Shown here in pieces: positions 43,655-51,916 of a stretch of 64,000 nt of DNA. Below the pieces are notes generated by a model. That model searched no databases. It was given only the letters and a program-made list of their open reading frames with translations, and was not told the origin of the DNA. Where the stretch lies: the NCBI GenBank assembly GCA_963740315.1, contig CAVUDP010000002.1, positions 2,528,001 through 2,592,000 on the forward strand. The letters are read 5' to 3'. The translations under genes were made by a program, and so were the position numbers. This DNA is from an uncultured cyanobacterium (lineage in GTDB: Bacteria > Cyanobacteriota > Cyanobacteriia > Cyanobacteriales > Nostocaceae). How positions within the stretch are numbered: the stretch's first letter is position 1; every line of letters begins with the position of its first letter.

Positions 43655-43658
43655 GGAT

Positions 43659-44264
43659 TTATTGATGACGTTTTGCCGTTTCTAGCCATTTTTTACCCAT
43701 TTCAATGGGAATACCCAAGGGCTGACAGACAATTTCAATTAACTCATTTCCTCCAGCTATTAGTATTTTTTGAACGCGAAAATTTGTCTTTATTTCTTCC
43801 CTGAATTTATTTACAAATACTTGCTTTTCATAATCAGATTTAGTTGGGTAAGTTGCTTGTAATGGTGCAAGTAATGCTTGAATTTCCTTGGCTGATTCTG
43901 TAATATTTTTCTGCTCTTCGCCGGAAAATTTCGTTTTTTGACTAGCTATTTCATCAGTTTTAACTGTGTCTGAGGTATTCGCTTTTTGACTAGCTATTTC
44001 ATCGGCTTTAGCTGTGTCTGGGATATTGGTTTTTTGACTAGCTATTTCATCAACTTTAGCTGTGTCTGGAGTATTGATTTTTAGAGTGGCTGTTTCATCA
44101 AGTTTAACTGCGTCTGGAGTATTGGTTTTTTGACTAGCTATTTCATCAACTTTAGCTGTGTCTGGGGTATTGGTTTTTTGACTAGCTGTTTCATCGGCTT
44201 TAACTCTGTCTGGTAAACTACCAACCCTGATCCGGCTTAAATCAAATTTAGGAACTTCTGACAT
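43659..44264 (-). CDS. Paralogue of the 120-aa protein, with six 16-aa (48-nt) internal repeats
   Basis: Repeats PDTAKVDEIASQKTNT; C-terminal domain ESAKEIQ.LL..L...YPT.SDYEKQVFVNKF...GG.ELI...C.PLGIPIE.GKKWLETAK shared with 44537-44899. Confidence 0.85.
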   Translation of the reverse strand: MSEVPKFDLSRIRVGSLPDRVKADETASQKTNTPDTAKVDEIASQKTNTPDAVKLDETATLKINTPDTAKVDEIASQKTNIPDTAKADEIASQKANTSDTVKTDEIASQKTKFSGEEQKNITESAKEIQALLAPLQATYPTKSDYEKQVFVNKFREEIKTNFRVQKILIAGGNELIEIVCQPLGIPIEMGKKWLETAKRHQ

Positions 44265-44536
44265 AATAAAAATTAGATAGTAACAATTAATGCTACCATA
44301 CCAACTTTTTATTATGACAACCGTTCAAACACTGATTCACCGTAAGTAATGTATCTACTTTTGATTTGTTGCGTTTACATAATAATATTTTTATTTTGAC
44401 TTATTTCAAGCAATTATTTTTTTGCAGTAATCGTTTAGTTTTTTAAATAATTGCCCTTACTCTGGCTATGGTGGGGAACTACCAAAACAAAGCCCGCCTA
44501 TGCGCTAACGCGGGCTAAATTTTGGGTTTTTAAGGG

Positions 44537-44899
44537 TTATCGATCGGGTTTTGCTGTTTCTAACCACTTTTTACCGACTTCAATAGGAATACCCAAGGGT
44601 GGACAAAGTAACTTAATTAATTCAATTCCACCAGCCATTAATATTTCTTTAATGCGAGAGTTTGTTTTAACTTCTTCATTAAATTTATTTACAAATACTT
44701 GCTTTTCGTAGTCAGAATTAGTTGGGTAACTTGTTTTTAATTGAGTTAATAAATCTTGGATTTCCTTTGCTGATTCAGCGAGGGTTTTTTGCTCCCCGGA
44801 GATATTAATTTTTTGATGAGCAACTTGATTCCCTTGAACTGTATCCGCCACATTACCAATATTTGCCCTACTTAAATCGAATTTAGGAGTTTCTGACAT
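44537..44899 (-). CDS. Small protein: N-terminal N/Q/G-rich motif plus a helical domain (candidate NLR partner/effector)
   Basis: 120-aa ORF; motif shared with the C-terminus of the NACHT protein; paralogous to 43659-44264. Confidence 0.85.
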   Translation of the reverse strand: MSETPKFDLSRANIGNVADTVQGNQVAHQKINISGEQKTLAESAKEIQDLLTQLKTSYPTNSDYEKQVFVNKFNEEVKTNSRIKEILMAGGIELIKLLCPPLGIPIEVGKKWLETAKPDR

Positions 44900-44947
44900 A
44901 AATATAAATTAGATAGTAACAATCAATGCGATCGCATCAAAATTTTA

Positions 44948-45250
44948 TTAATTATCAGAATCAGAAAACAAAGCTTCTAAATCCCGATAACCATTAACCA
45001 CGTGAACTACATCAATTCCATCTTTTCGAGGATAATAAAGTATCAGATAGTCTTTGACTGTAAAACCTCGTAAATTAGGTGCAAGTTTTTCATAACTTTT
45101 GCCCATATTTGGAAAATCAGCAATTAATTTACATTTCTGACGAATCTCGTCAAACAATTTACTAGCGGCTTTAGCATTACTACGAGCAACATATTCACAA
45201 ACTCCATCTAAATCTTTGATTGCTTCATCTGAAAATGAATAATTGCTCAC
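44948..45250 (-). CDS. ParE/RelE family type II toxin
   Basis: FSDEAIKDL, FPNMGK, LRGF, YLILY, VVHVVNGYRDL. Confidence 0.92.
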   Translation of the reverse strand: MSNYSFSDEAIKDLDGVCEYVARSNAKAASKLFDEIRQKCKLIADFPNMGKSYEKLAPNLRGFTVKDYLILYYPRKDGIDVVHVVNGYRDLEALFSDSDN

Positions 45251-45504
45251 TCTTTAGTTTCCTCAGCGATAGCACGAATTTTTGATTGCAACCGCTCAAA
45301 TACTGCTTCACCATCGGTAACATATCCATCTTTAATTTGTTGGGTGCCTAATGCTATTTTTCTTTTTACTTCTTCTAATCGATGAATTCGTTCTTCTAGC
45401 AATTTAACAGCTTCATTCATTAATTCATCTACACTATTAAATTGACCGTTAGAAATTTGCGATTCAATAAACTGCTCGTATTCGGGCTTGAAGTTAATGT
45501 TCAT
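45247..45504 (-). CDS. ParD-like (ribbon-helix-helix) antitoxin
   Basis: MNINFKPEYEQFIESQISNGQFNSVDELMNEAVKLLEE...G.VTDGE.VF; 4-nt overlap with the toxin start. Confidence 0.9.
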   Translation of the reverse strand: MNINFKPEYEQFIESQISNGQFNSVDELMNEAVKLLEERIHRLEEVKRKIALGTQQIKDGYVTDGEAVFERLQSKIRAIAEETKE

Positions 45505-45610
45505 AAACACTTACTAGTAATAACGTTCTATTTTCTATTCTATAGAAATTTGCAGTAATTACCCAAAGCAGTCCTTAAATTGTTATCTTGCTGTAAATGG
45601 CAAACTATGT

Positions 45611-47839
45611 TTATTGTGGTGGGTTTGATTGTTGATTTCCTTGAACATTATGAGCTACATTACCAATATTTGCTCCACGCATATCGTAAGTGATTTGAGG
45701 TGGTTGTAAGTTGTTATTGTCTTCTATTGGTGGGGAACGGAATATTTCATGGTTATAAAAATTGCAACGATTTTGAATGAGTTTTAGTGCTTCGGCAACT
45801 CTCCAAAAAACACTATTTTCAGGTTCTTTTAAAAAAATATCATGTAATGCTGAAATAGCTTTTCCGTACCCTAATATTCTTAATGCTTCAGCTGCGCTCT
45901 CTCTAATATAGGATTCTTCATCTTTTAGTGCTTTTATTAAAATAGGTATTACAGATTCACTACCAATTTTGCATAATCCATTTATTGCTACATTACGAAC
46001 ACCAAAATTTTCATCGTTTAAAGCTTTATCGAATGTTTGTATTGCTTTATCGCTGCCGATTTCTTCTAAAGCTTGTATGATAGCTGTACGAACTACGAAA
46101 TTCATTGGATGTTGTGTAAATTCCGCATCATATGCTTGACATAATTCATCTACCATTAAGTCACTACCGATATCGCCTAACATTTTAGCAGCATTAAATC
46201 GAGTCATAAAATCTTGACTTTTTAAATCATCTTTGAATTTCTCTATATTCCTAAAATATTCTTCTCCATTTACACTTATTTTCTTTTTGATTTCATAAAA
46301 AGGGTTATACTCTTGTACTAAACATCCATCTTCCAAATAAATATTTGCCTGTCCGTATGCGCCAATTTCTATCATATTGTCTTCATGTCTTCGTCTTTCA
46401 TTTTTTATCTCTTCTGGCTGCTTATTCAAAAGAAAGTTCTTCTTTATTTGAGCAACTTTCAATTCACTAATAAGACTTTTTGTCTTCTCTTGAAACTCTT
46501 TTCTTACCTCTCCCGCTAACCTAGCATCCAACATCAAATCTACTTCCAACGCTAACTTTACCACTTGCAAAGCTTGAGTTTCATCTTCAACTAACCCCAA
46601 CATCAACGCTAAAGGTTCAGTCCATTTCAACAAGTTTAAATAATCGTGCTTTAACTTCTCATCGCTCAAATTGAGTAACAACCGCAGTAAATATTCCGCC
46701 GCATAATATTCTTGAAATAACTGATGATGAAATTCAATTACAACTTGTTCGGATTCTGATGTTTTACTTTCTAATAAACAATGTTTCAACAATCCGTCTA
46801 ACCATTCTTTTTTTCCAGAAAAATCTACCCTACCTTTAAGAAAATTCTCTAAAATCGCTTCCGTTTGACTGCGAGAAATTGACAATCGAAAATCTGTATA
46901 ATTTGCTTGAGGATTTTTCGGTTGCATCATCTCAAATGCGAGATATTGCAATAATTCCCCTTTCCAACGTCGCAACCCTTCTGGAATGGGAACAGTTTCT
47001 TTATCTTCTTTGAAACCATTAACTTTTCTATCAAACTGACGAAATAACTGTCCTCTATTTTTGGGGATTTTTCCATCTAATTGAAATACATCGCACAGCA
47101 TCTTCAATATCAAAGGAGTTTCCCCCAATTCCCGCAATCTATTTCCCAACTGTTGCAACATTTCCTCACCGTCTTGAGGGAAATACGTTATGACAAACTT
47201 CCGCATCTGGTTTTCTGTCAACGGTTGCATTTGCAGTTGTTTATCAATCCCTAAATTTCCCCCCACATCTAAATCACGTGTGGTAAAAATCATCGGTGTT
47301 TCGGGGTATTTTTTACGAAATTGCTTTATTTTAGTCTGTGCTTCATCTGATGGTAATTCGTTGAATCCATCTATCAACAGCAATAATTTTGCGTTACGCA
47401 ACAATTTTTTTATTTCACTAACATCAATGGACTCTTCCCCACTTTCCAAAAAATCGCAAATGAAATATTCTACAGAAGTACAAATATCCTCATCCCAGTT
47501 ACGAAGTTCTACCAAAACCGGAATTATTCGCTTCTTCCCTTGGATTATTGCTTGTGCATCTTCCCACAGCAACCGTTGTAAAGCTGTAGATTTACCCGAT
47601 CCAGGTTTCCCTATCAATAATACGTGCTTGTCAGCATATTTACGAATACCTTCCAACACGGGTAAAAGCTCTATTTCTTCCTGTTGCTTTTCTCGTTTTT
47701 GCTTTTGCACTTCTTGCACCATCAAACCAAAGTCAAAATATTCCCCATCTGTCAACGTGTAAAATTTCCACCAGCATTTATATTTGTCGCTGATGGATTG
47801 CAGATAAGTTTGAAACTCCGGATGGTTAACTGTTGCCAC
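45611..47839 (-). CDS. NACHT NTPase + HEAT-repeat protein (bacterial NLR-like)
   Basis: Walker A GKPGSGKST, Walker B LLLIDGFNE, FTTR, TPLIL, FHHQLFQEYYAA, HEAT repeats (VRNVAINGL, IRESAAEAL); GTG start. Confidence 0.92.
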   Translation of the reverse strand: MATVNHPEFQTYLQSISDKYKCWWKFYTLTDGEYFDFGLMVQEVQKQKREKQQEEIELLPVLEGIRKYADKHVLLIGKPGSGKSTALQRLLWEDAQAIIQGKKRIIPVLVELRNWDEDICTSVEYFICDFLESGEESIDVSEIKKLLRNAKLLLLIDGFNELPSDEAQTKIKQFRKKYPETPMIFTTRDLDVGGNLGIDKQLQMQPLTENQMRKFVITYFPQDGEEMLQQLGNRLRELGETPLILKMLCDVFQLDGKIPKNRGQLFRQFDRKVNGFKEDKETVPIPEGLRRWKGELLQYLAFEMMQPKNPQANYTDFRLSISRSQTEAILENFLKGRVDFSGKKEWLDGLLKHCLLESKTSESEQVVIEFHHQLFQEYYAAEYLLRLLLNLSDEKLKHDYLNLLKWTEPLALMLGLVEDETQALQVVKLALEVDLMLDARLAGEVRKEFQEKTKSLISELKVAQIKKNFLLNKQPEEIKNERRRHEDNMIEIGAYGQANIYLEDGCLVQEYNPFYEIKKKISVNGEEYFRNIEKFKDDLKSQDFMTRFNAAKMLGDIGSDLMVDELCQAYDAEFTQHPMNFVVRTAIIQALEEIGSDKAIQTFDKALNDENFGVRNVAINGLCKIGSESVIPILIKALKDEESYIRESAAEALRILGYGKAISALHDIFLKEPENSVFWRVAEALKLIQNRCNFYNHEIFRSPPIEDNNNLQPPQITYDMRGANIGNVAHNVQGNQQSNPPQ

Positions 47840-47894
47840 GCACGGGTATGATATTTAACGGTATAAGTTAGATGTTACCGTAAACTATAAATAG

Positions 47895-48083
47895 ATGAAC
47901 GATAAAAAATTCAACGCAACCGAATACGTAGAGCAAACAGCGTTATTACTAGATTTTAATTTACCCGACGAATACCGCGATGGAGTTGTCGCAAATTTTG
48001 AGAGAATTCAAGTTATAGCGAAACTTGTCAATGAGTTTCCTTTACCTGAAGATATTGAAGCAGCACCAATATTTGAACCGTAA
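47895..48083 (+). CDS. AtzG-like (DUF4089) small amidase partner
   Basis: EYRDGVVANFERI...FPLPEDIEAAPIFEP, directly upstream of the amidase. Confidence 0.88.
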   Translation: MNDKKFNATEYVEQTALLLDFNLPDEYRDGVVANFERIQVIAKLVNEFPLPEDIEAAPIFEP

Positions 48084-48104
48084 ATTAAACCCCAATATTA
48101 AACA

Positions 48105-49472
48105 ATGAATTTAGACTCAGCCGATGCCGGATCGATCGCAACCGCAGTAAAGCAAAAACAAATCAAAGCGGTGGATGTTGTCAAAGCTGCTTTAGATAGA
48201 ATTGCAGCCAGAGATAATCAACTCAACTGTTTTACAAACATAACTGCGGAAACTGCTTTGAAAGATGCAGCGCTCATTGATGCAGAAATTGCCAAAGGTA
48301 ATAATCCCGGTTTGTTGGCTGGTGTACCTTTCGCGGTCAAAAATCTTTACGATATCGCTGGTTTAACTACTCTTGCTGGTTCAAAAATTAATGCAGAAAA
48401 TCCTCCAGCTACTCAAGATGCAACTGCTGTAACTAAGCTAAAAAATGCCGGTGCAATTCTTGTGGGAGCGTTGAATATGGATGAGTACGCTTACGGTTTT
48501 GTTACCGAGAATTCCCATTACGGCGCTACTCACAATCCCCACGACTTGAACCGTGTAGCTGGTGGTTCATCTGGAGGTTCGGCTGCTTCCGTGGCTGCTG
48601 GTTTGGTTCCCTTAACTTTGGGTTCGGATACTAACGGTTCGATTCGGGTACCTGCGGCTTTATGCGGTGTTTTTGGTTTGAAGCCCACTTATGGAAGGCT
48701 GTCGCGGGCTGGTGTAGTGCTATTTTCCAGCAGTTTTGACCATGTTGGACCATTTGCACGTTCGGTTAGAGATATTGCAACCGCTTTCGATGTTTTGCAG
48801 GGAGAAAATGTAGAGACGTTAAATTTAACGTCTCATTTAACGTCTGTGCAAAATATTGATGGTTTGAAAATTGCGATCGCCGATGATTATTTCACCGAAA
48901 AAGCCGCACCCGAAGCGTTAGCAGCGGTACAAAAAGTTGCCGATGCGTTGAATATTACCGAACACGTTTCCATCCCAGAAGCCGATCGCGCTCGTGCTGC
49001 TGCATACATAATTACTGCTTCTGAAGGTGCAAATTTACATTTAGATAAATTAAGATCGCGTCCCCAAGATTTCGATTTCGCTACAAGAGATAGATTTATT
49101 GCTGGAGCATTTATTCCTAGTAGTTGGTATATTCAAGCCCAAAGATTTAGAAATTGGTATAAGGAAAAAGTTCGAGAAATATTTAAAAATGTAGATGTAA
49201 TTATTGCTCCAACTACACCAATTTCAGCACCAGAAATTGGACAAGAAACGATGATTTTAGACGGGGAAGAAATATTAGTTCGTCCCCATTTAGGATTATT
49301 TACTCAACCGCTATCATTTATTGGTTTACCTGTTTTATCGGTTCCAATTCAACGTGCGAATGGTTTACCTTTGGGAGTACAATTAATCGCCGCACCTTAT
49401 AACGAAATGGCGATTTTACAAGTTGCTGCGGTGTTGGAAAAAGCAGGTGTTATATCGGCAGAAGTTGTTTGA
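48105..49472 (+). CDS. AtzE-family amidase (amidase signature)
   Basis: GVPFAVKNLYD, NMDEYAYGF, GGSSGGSAA, LGSDTNGSIRVPA, GLKPTYGR. Confidence 0.93.
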   Translation: MNLDSADAGSIATAVKQKQIKAVDVVKAALDRIAARDNQLNCFTNITAETALKDAALIDAEIAKGNNPGLLAGVPFAVKNLYDIAGLTTLAGSKINAENPPATQDATAVTKLKNAGAILVGALNMDEYAYGFVTENSHYGATHNPHDLNRVAGGSSGGSAASVAAGLVPLTLGSDTNGSIRVPAALCGVFGLKPTYGRLSRAGVVLFSSSFDHVGPFARSVRDIATAFDVLQGENVETLNLTSHLTSVQNIDGLKIAIADDYFTEKAAPEALAAVQKVADALNITEHVSIPEADRARAAAYIITASEGANLHLDKLRSRPQDFDFATRDRFIAGAFIPSSWYIQAQRFRNWYKEKVREIFKNVDVIIAPTTPISAPEIGQETMILDGEEILVRPHLGLFTQPLSFIGLPVLSVPIQRANGLPLGVQLIAAPYNEMAILQVAAVLEKAGVISAEVV

Positions 49473-49634
49473 TAAAAACCTTACTAGACACAGAGAGCGC
49501 GGAGTAAGAGAAAGAAGAGATATTACTTCGCATCCTATATAGAGTGAAGGCAATTAAGTTTGCAACAATAAAAAAGCCATTAACCAAAACATCAGTTAAT
49601 AGCTATAAATACTAAAAATTAATAATAATTTTAC

Positions 49635-50084
49635 TTACAAACCATGTTGTTGATGTACCCAAATCCAGAATTGGAATCCACCGGAAACCATAATATCAGT
49701 CCAATCATCGAATAATTCTTGATGCACGCCAGGTTTTAGATGCAAGTGTTGTTCGAGTATTACTATAGCAAGAGTTTCGTCAGCAGTAATTCTGATATCA
49801 AGAAAGGCTTTGGGAAAACGCTTCTCTTTATTCCAGTCATTACATAAAGACATTACACGTTCCCATTCTTCTTTGGAAATGCGCTTATTAGAAATGAGTC
49901 TAACAGAATAAACACCTTCTTGAGGACCTTCTGCACAAAAAATTAGAATGATTTCACATCCTATTTCTTCTTGGTAGGGAAGCTGCACCACAAAATCGCC
50001 GTCATCGTCAGTCGTAAATCGCAATCCTTTGTTACTTAGATAGCTTTCTATTACGCTACGGTCGAAGTTTTTAACTGTAGCCAT
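49635..50084 (-). CDS. YbjN-domain protein
   Basis: F..DDDGDF, CNDWNKEKRFPKA. Confidence 0.75.
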   Translation of the reverse strand: MATVKNFDRSVIESYLSNKGLRFTTDDDGDFVVQLPYQEEIGCEIILIFCAEGPQEGVYSVRLISNKRISKEEWERVMSLCNDWNKEKRFPKAFLDIRITADETLAIVILEQHLHLKPGVHQELFDDWTDIMVSGGFQFWIWVHQQHGL

Positions 50085-50373
50085 ATTAGAGTTGGTTAAT
50101 TGTGGTTATACCTTATTATATAATTTTAAAAATACTTGTTAAGCATAGAAAATACGTGGATTCACTTAACTTTTTGATTTAGAACGAAAATACTGTATTT
50201 CTCAAAACTTTTGAAGTTTAAAAGCTACAAAATACTGTTTTATTGATTCATATTTACTTCTATAGATAATTACTTATTATACATTTATCTATAGACTAAT
50301 CTAAACAAACTTTTGTCTAAATTGTTATCTTAAAAACAATATTATTAAACGGCAATTTGATTAATACTATTAT

Positions 50374-50880
50374 TTATACATCTGAAAAACTTGCTGGATA
50401 AATCACCTTACCATTATATCTACGTTGATAATTTGCTAGAGTTTTTACCATAAAAGCATCTTCAGGTACGGAAAATGTCGATTCTATACCAAAATCAATT
50501 GAAGTTTTAAATCCAAAACGAGAATAAAACTGAGGATGCCCTAATACAATAACTAAAGTTTCTCCTAATACATTTGCTTGAATCAAACCAGCATTTACCA
50601 AGGCGCTACCGATTCCTTGCTTTTGAAAATCTGGATGAACTGAAGCGGGAGCTAAACCTAAAACCTGAAATGTTTCTTCGCCGACTAATTTAATATAGCT
50701 AAACATTATATGAGCGACTACAGAATTGTTTATTTCTGCTACTAATGTCAGTTCCGATATATAGTATGGAGAATTACGAATTCTTTCAACAAGCAATGCT
50801 TCTTCATCTCGACCAAAAGCTAATTTATTAACAAGTGCGATCGCGTTTGTATCAGATGGTGTTTCAGGACGAATATTCAT
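50374..50880 (-). CDS. GNAT N-acetyltransferase (YhbS-like)
   Basis: MNIRPET, LAPASVHPDFQKQGIG, VLGHPQFYSRFGF. Confidence 0.93.
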   Translation of the reverse strand: MNIRPETPSDTNAIALVNKLAFGRDEEALLVERIRNSPYYISELTLVAEINNSVVAHIMFSYIKLVGEETFQVLGLAPASVHPDFQKQGIGSALVNAGLIQANVLGETLVIVLGHPQFYSRFGFKTSIDFGIESTFSVPEDAFMVKTLANYQRRYNGKVIYPASFSDV

Positions 50881-50996
50881 TACACAACAATTATCAATGA
50901 ACAATTATCAATTGCTATAAGGCACGAATGCATATAAATTATCTTTGTCATACCTTATAGACTTACGATCTTCCTAGCCAAAAAATCTCAATCTGC

Positions 50997-51297
50997 AATA
51001 ATGATATGCGCGATCGCGATCCGCTAGCGACGTTTACTCGTGCTTCTGTTGCTTTGAATCAATTTAACTTAGCTTATCTGCATATTTTAGAAGCCCTTCC
51101 GGGACATATGTTAAGTGGCTGTGCAAAATTATTTGTGTCATTGCGAGCGACAGCGAAGCAATCGCAACACTTTGAGATTGCTTCGTTTCACTGCATTCCA
51201 CTCGCAATGACAAATGCACAGTTAATTTTGCCTAAGTACTTAGCAGCAGAAGCAGAGCCGCGAGTTAGTCCTCATCGGTGTATTCATGGTAACGAGT
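50997..51297 (+). pseudogene. Internal remnant of an Old Yellow Enzyme / alkene reductase (NemA-like) gene, carrying a MITE
   Basis: NDM..RDPLATF...ALNQFNLAYLHILEA resembles OYE beta7/beta8; both ends of the gene are missing. Confidence 0.65.
51114..51240. mobile_element. MITE, 127 bp, TA duplication, 18-bp imperfect TIRs
   Basis: AGTGGCTGTGCAAAATTA / TAATTTTGCCTAAGTACT flanked by TA on both sides; internal GTCATTGCGAG...CTCGCAATGAC palindrome. Confidence 0.8.
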
Positions 51298-51408
51298 AGG
51301 GAACAGGGAACAGTAGATTTAAAACCTCTAACATGCAGACCTTTGACCTTCGACCTTTAACCTATAAAGTAAAAAGTAGTCCACTTTACTTTTAGATAAA
51401 AATCATCA

Positions 51409-51816
51409 ATGATATTTTCAGGAACAAAACCGGATAACTTGGGTGTAAACAACGGTAAATTAGCAGATTGTCCCAACTCCCCAAACTGCGTTTCTTCTCA
51501 AAGTCCAAGTTCGGATGAGACTCACTTTATCCAACCGCTGAAGTACAGTTCCACATCAGAAAAAGCTTTAACCGATCTTAAAGCTGTTATTGAATCGGAA
51601 GCTAGAACCAAGATAATTAAGGAATCGTCGGATTATTTGTATGCAGAATTCAAGAGTGCTTTGATGGGGTTTGTGGATGACGTGGAATTTTATCTAGACA
51701 GCACCAATACTATCCACGTGCGATCGGCTTCTCGGTTGGGACAAAGCGATTTAGGTGTTAACCGCAAACGGGTAGAAACAATTAGAACTAAGTTTAACCA
51801 GATGCAAGGTAGTTGA
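51409..51816 (+). CDS. DUF1499 family protein
   Basis: CPNSPNCVSSQ, GFVDDVEF, IHVRSASRLGQSDLGVNRKR. Confidence 0.93.
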   Translation: MIFSGTKPDNLGVNNGKLADCPNSPNCVSSQSPSSDETHFIQPLKYSSTSEKALTDLKAVIESEARTKIIKESSDYLYAEFKSALMGFVDDVEFYLDSTNTIHVRSASRLGQSDLGVNRKRVETIRTKFNQMQGS

Positions 51817-51916
51817 AAATATCTGTTTAAAACCAAAGACGCGATATAGCGATATATCGATATAAACATAAACCCGATATATGGATATAGACGCGATATA
51901 TCGCGTCTCTACATTA

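Noticed and set aside
43930..44215. 48-nt direct repeats as a CRISPR array or iterons
   Set aside because: Contiguous, in-frame coding repeats with no spacers
47190..47762. 190-aa antisense ORF within the NACHT gene (and other antisense ORFs in the track)
   Set aside because: Shadow frames of well-supported genes
47850..47894. NtcA box upstream of atzG/atzE
   Set aside because: No GTA-N8-TAC with correct spacing found
51006..51299. 97-aa ORF as a real gene
   Set aside because: Chimera of an OYE fragment and a MITE
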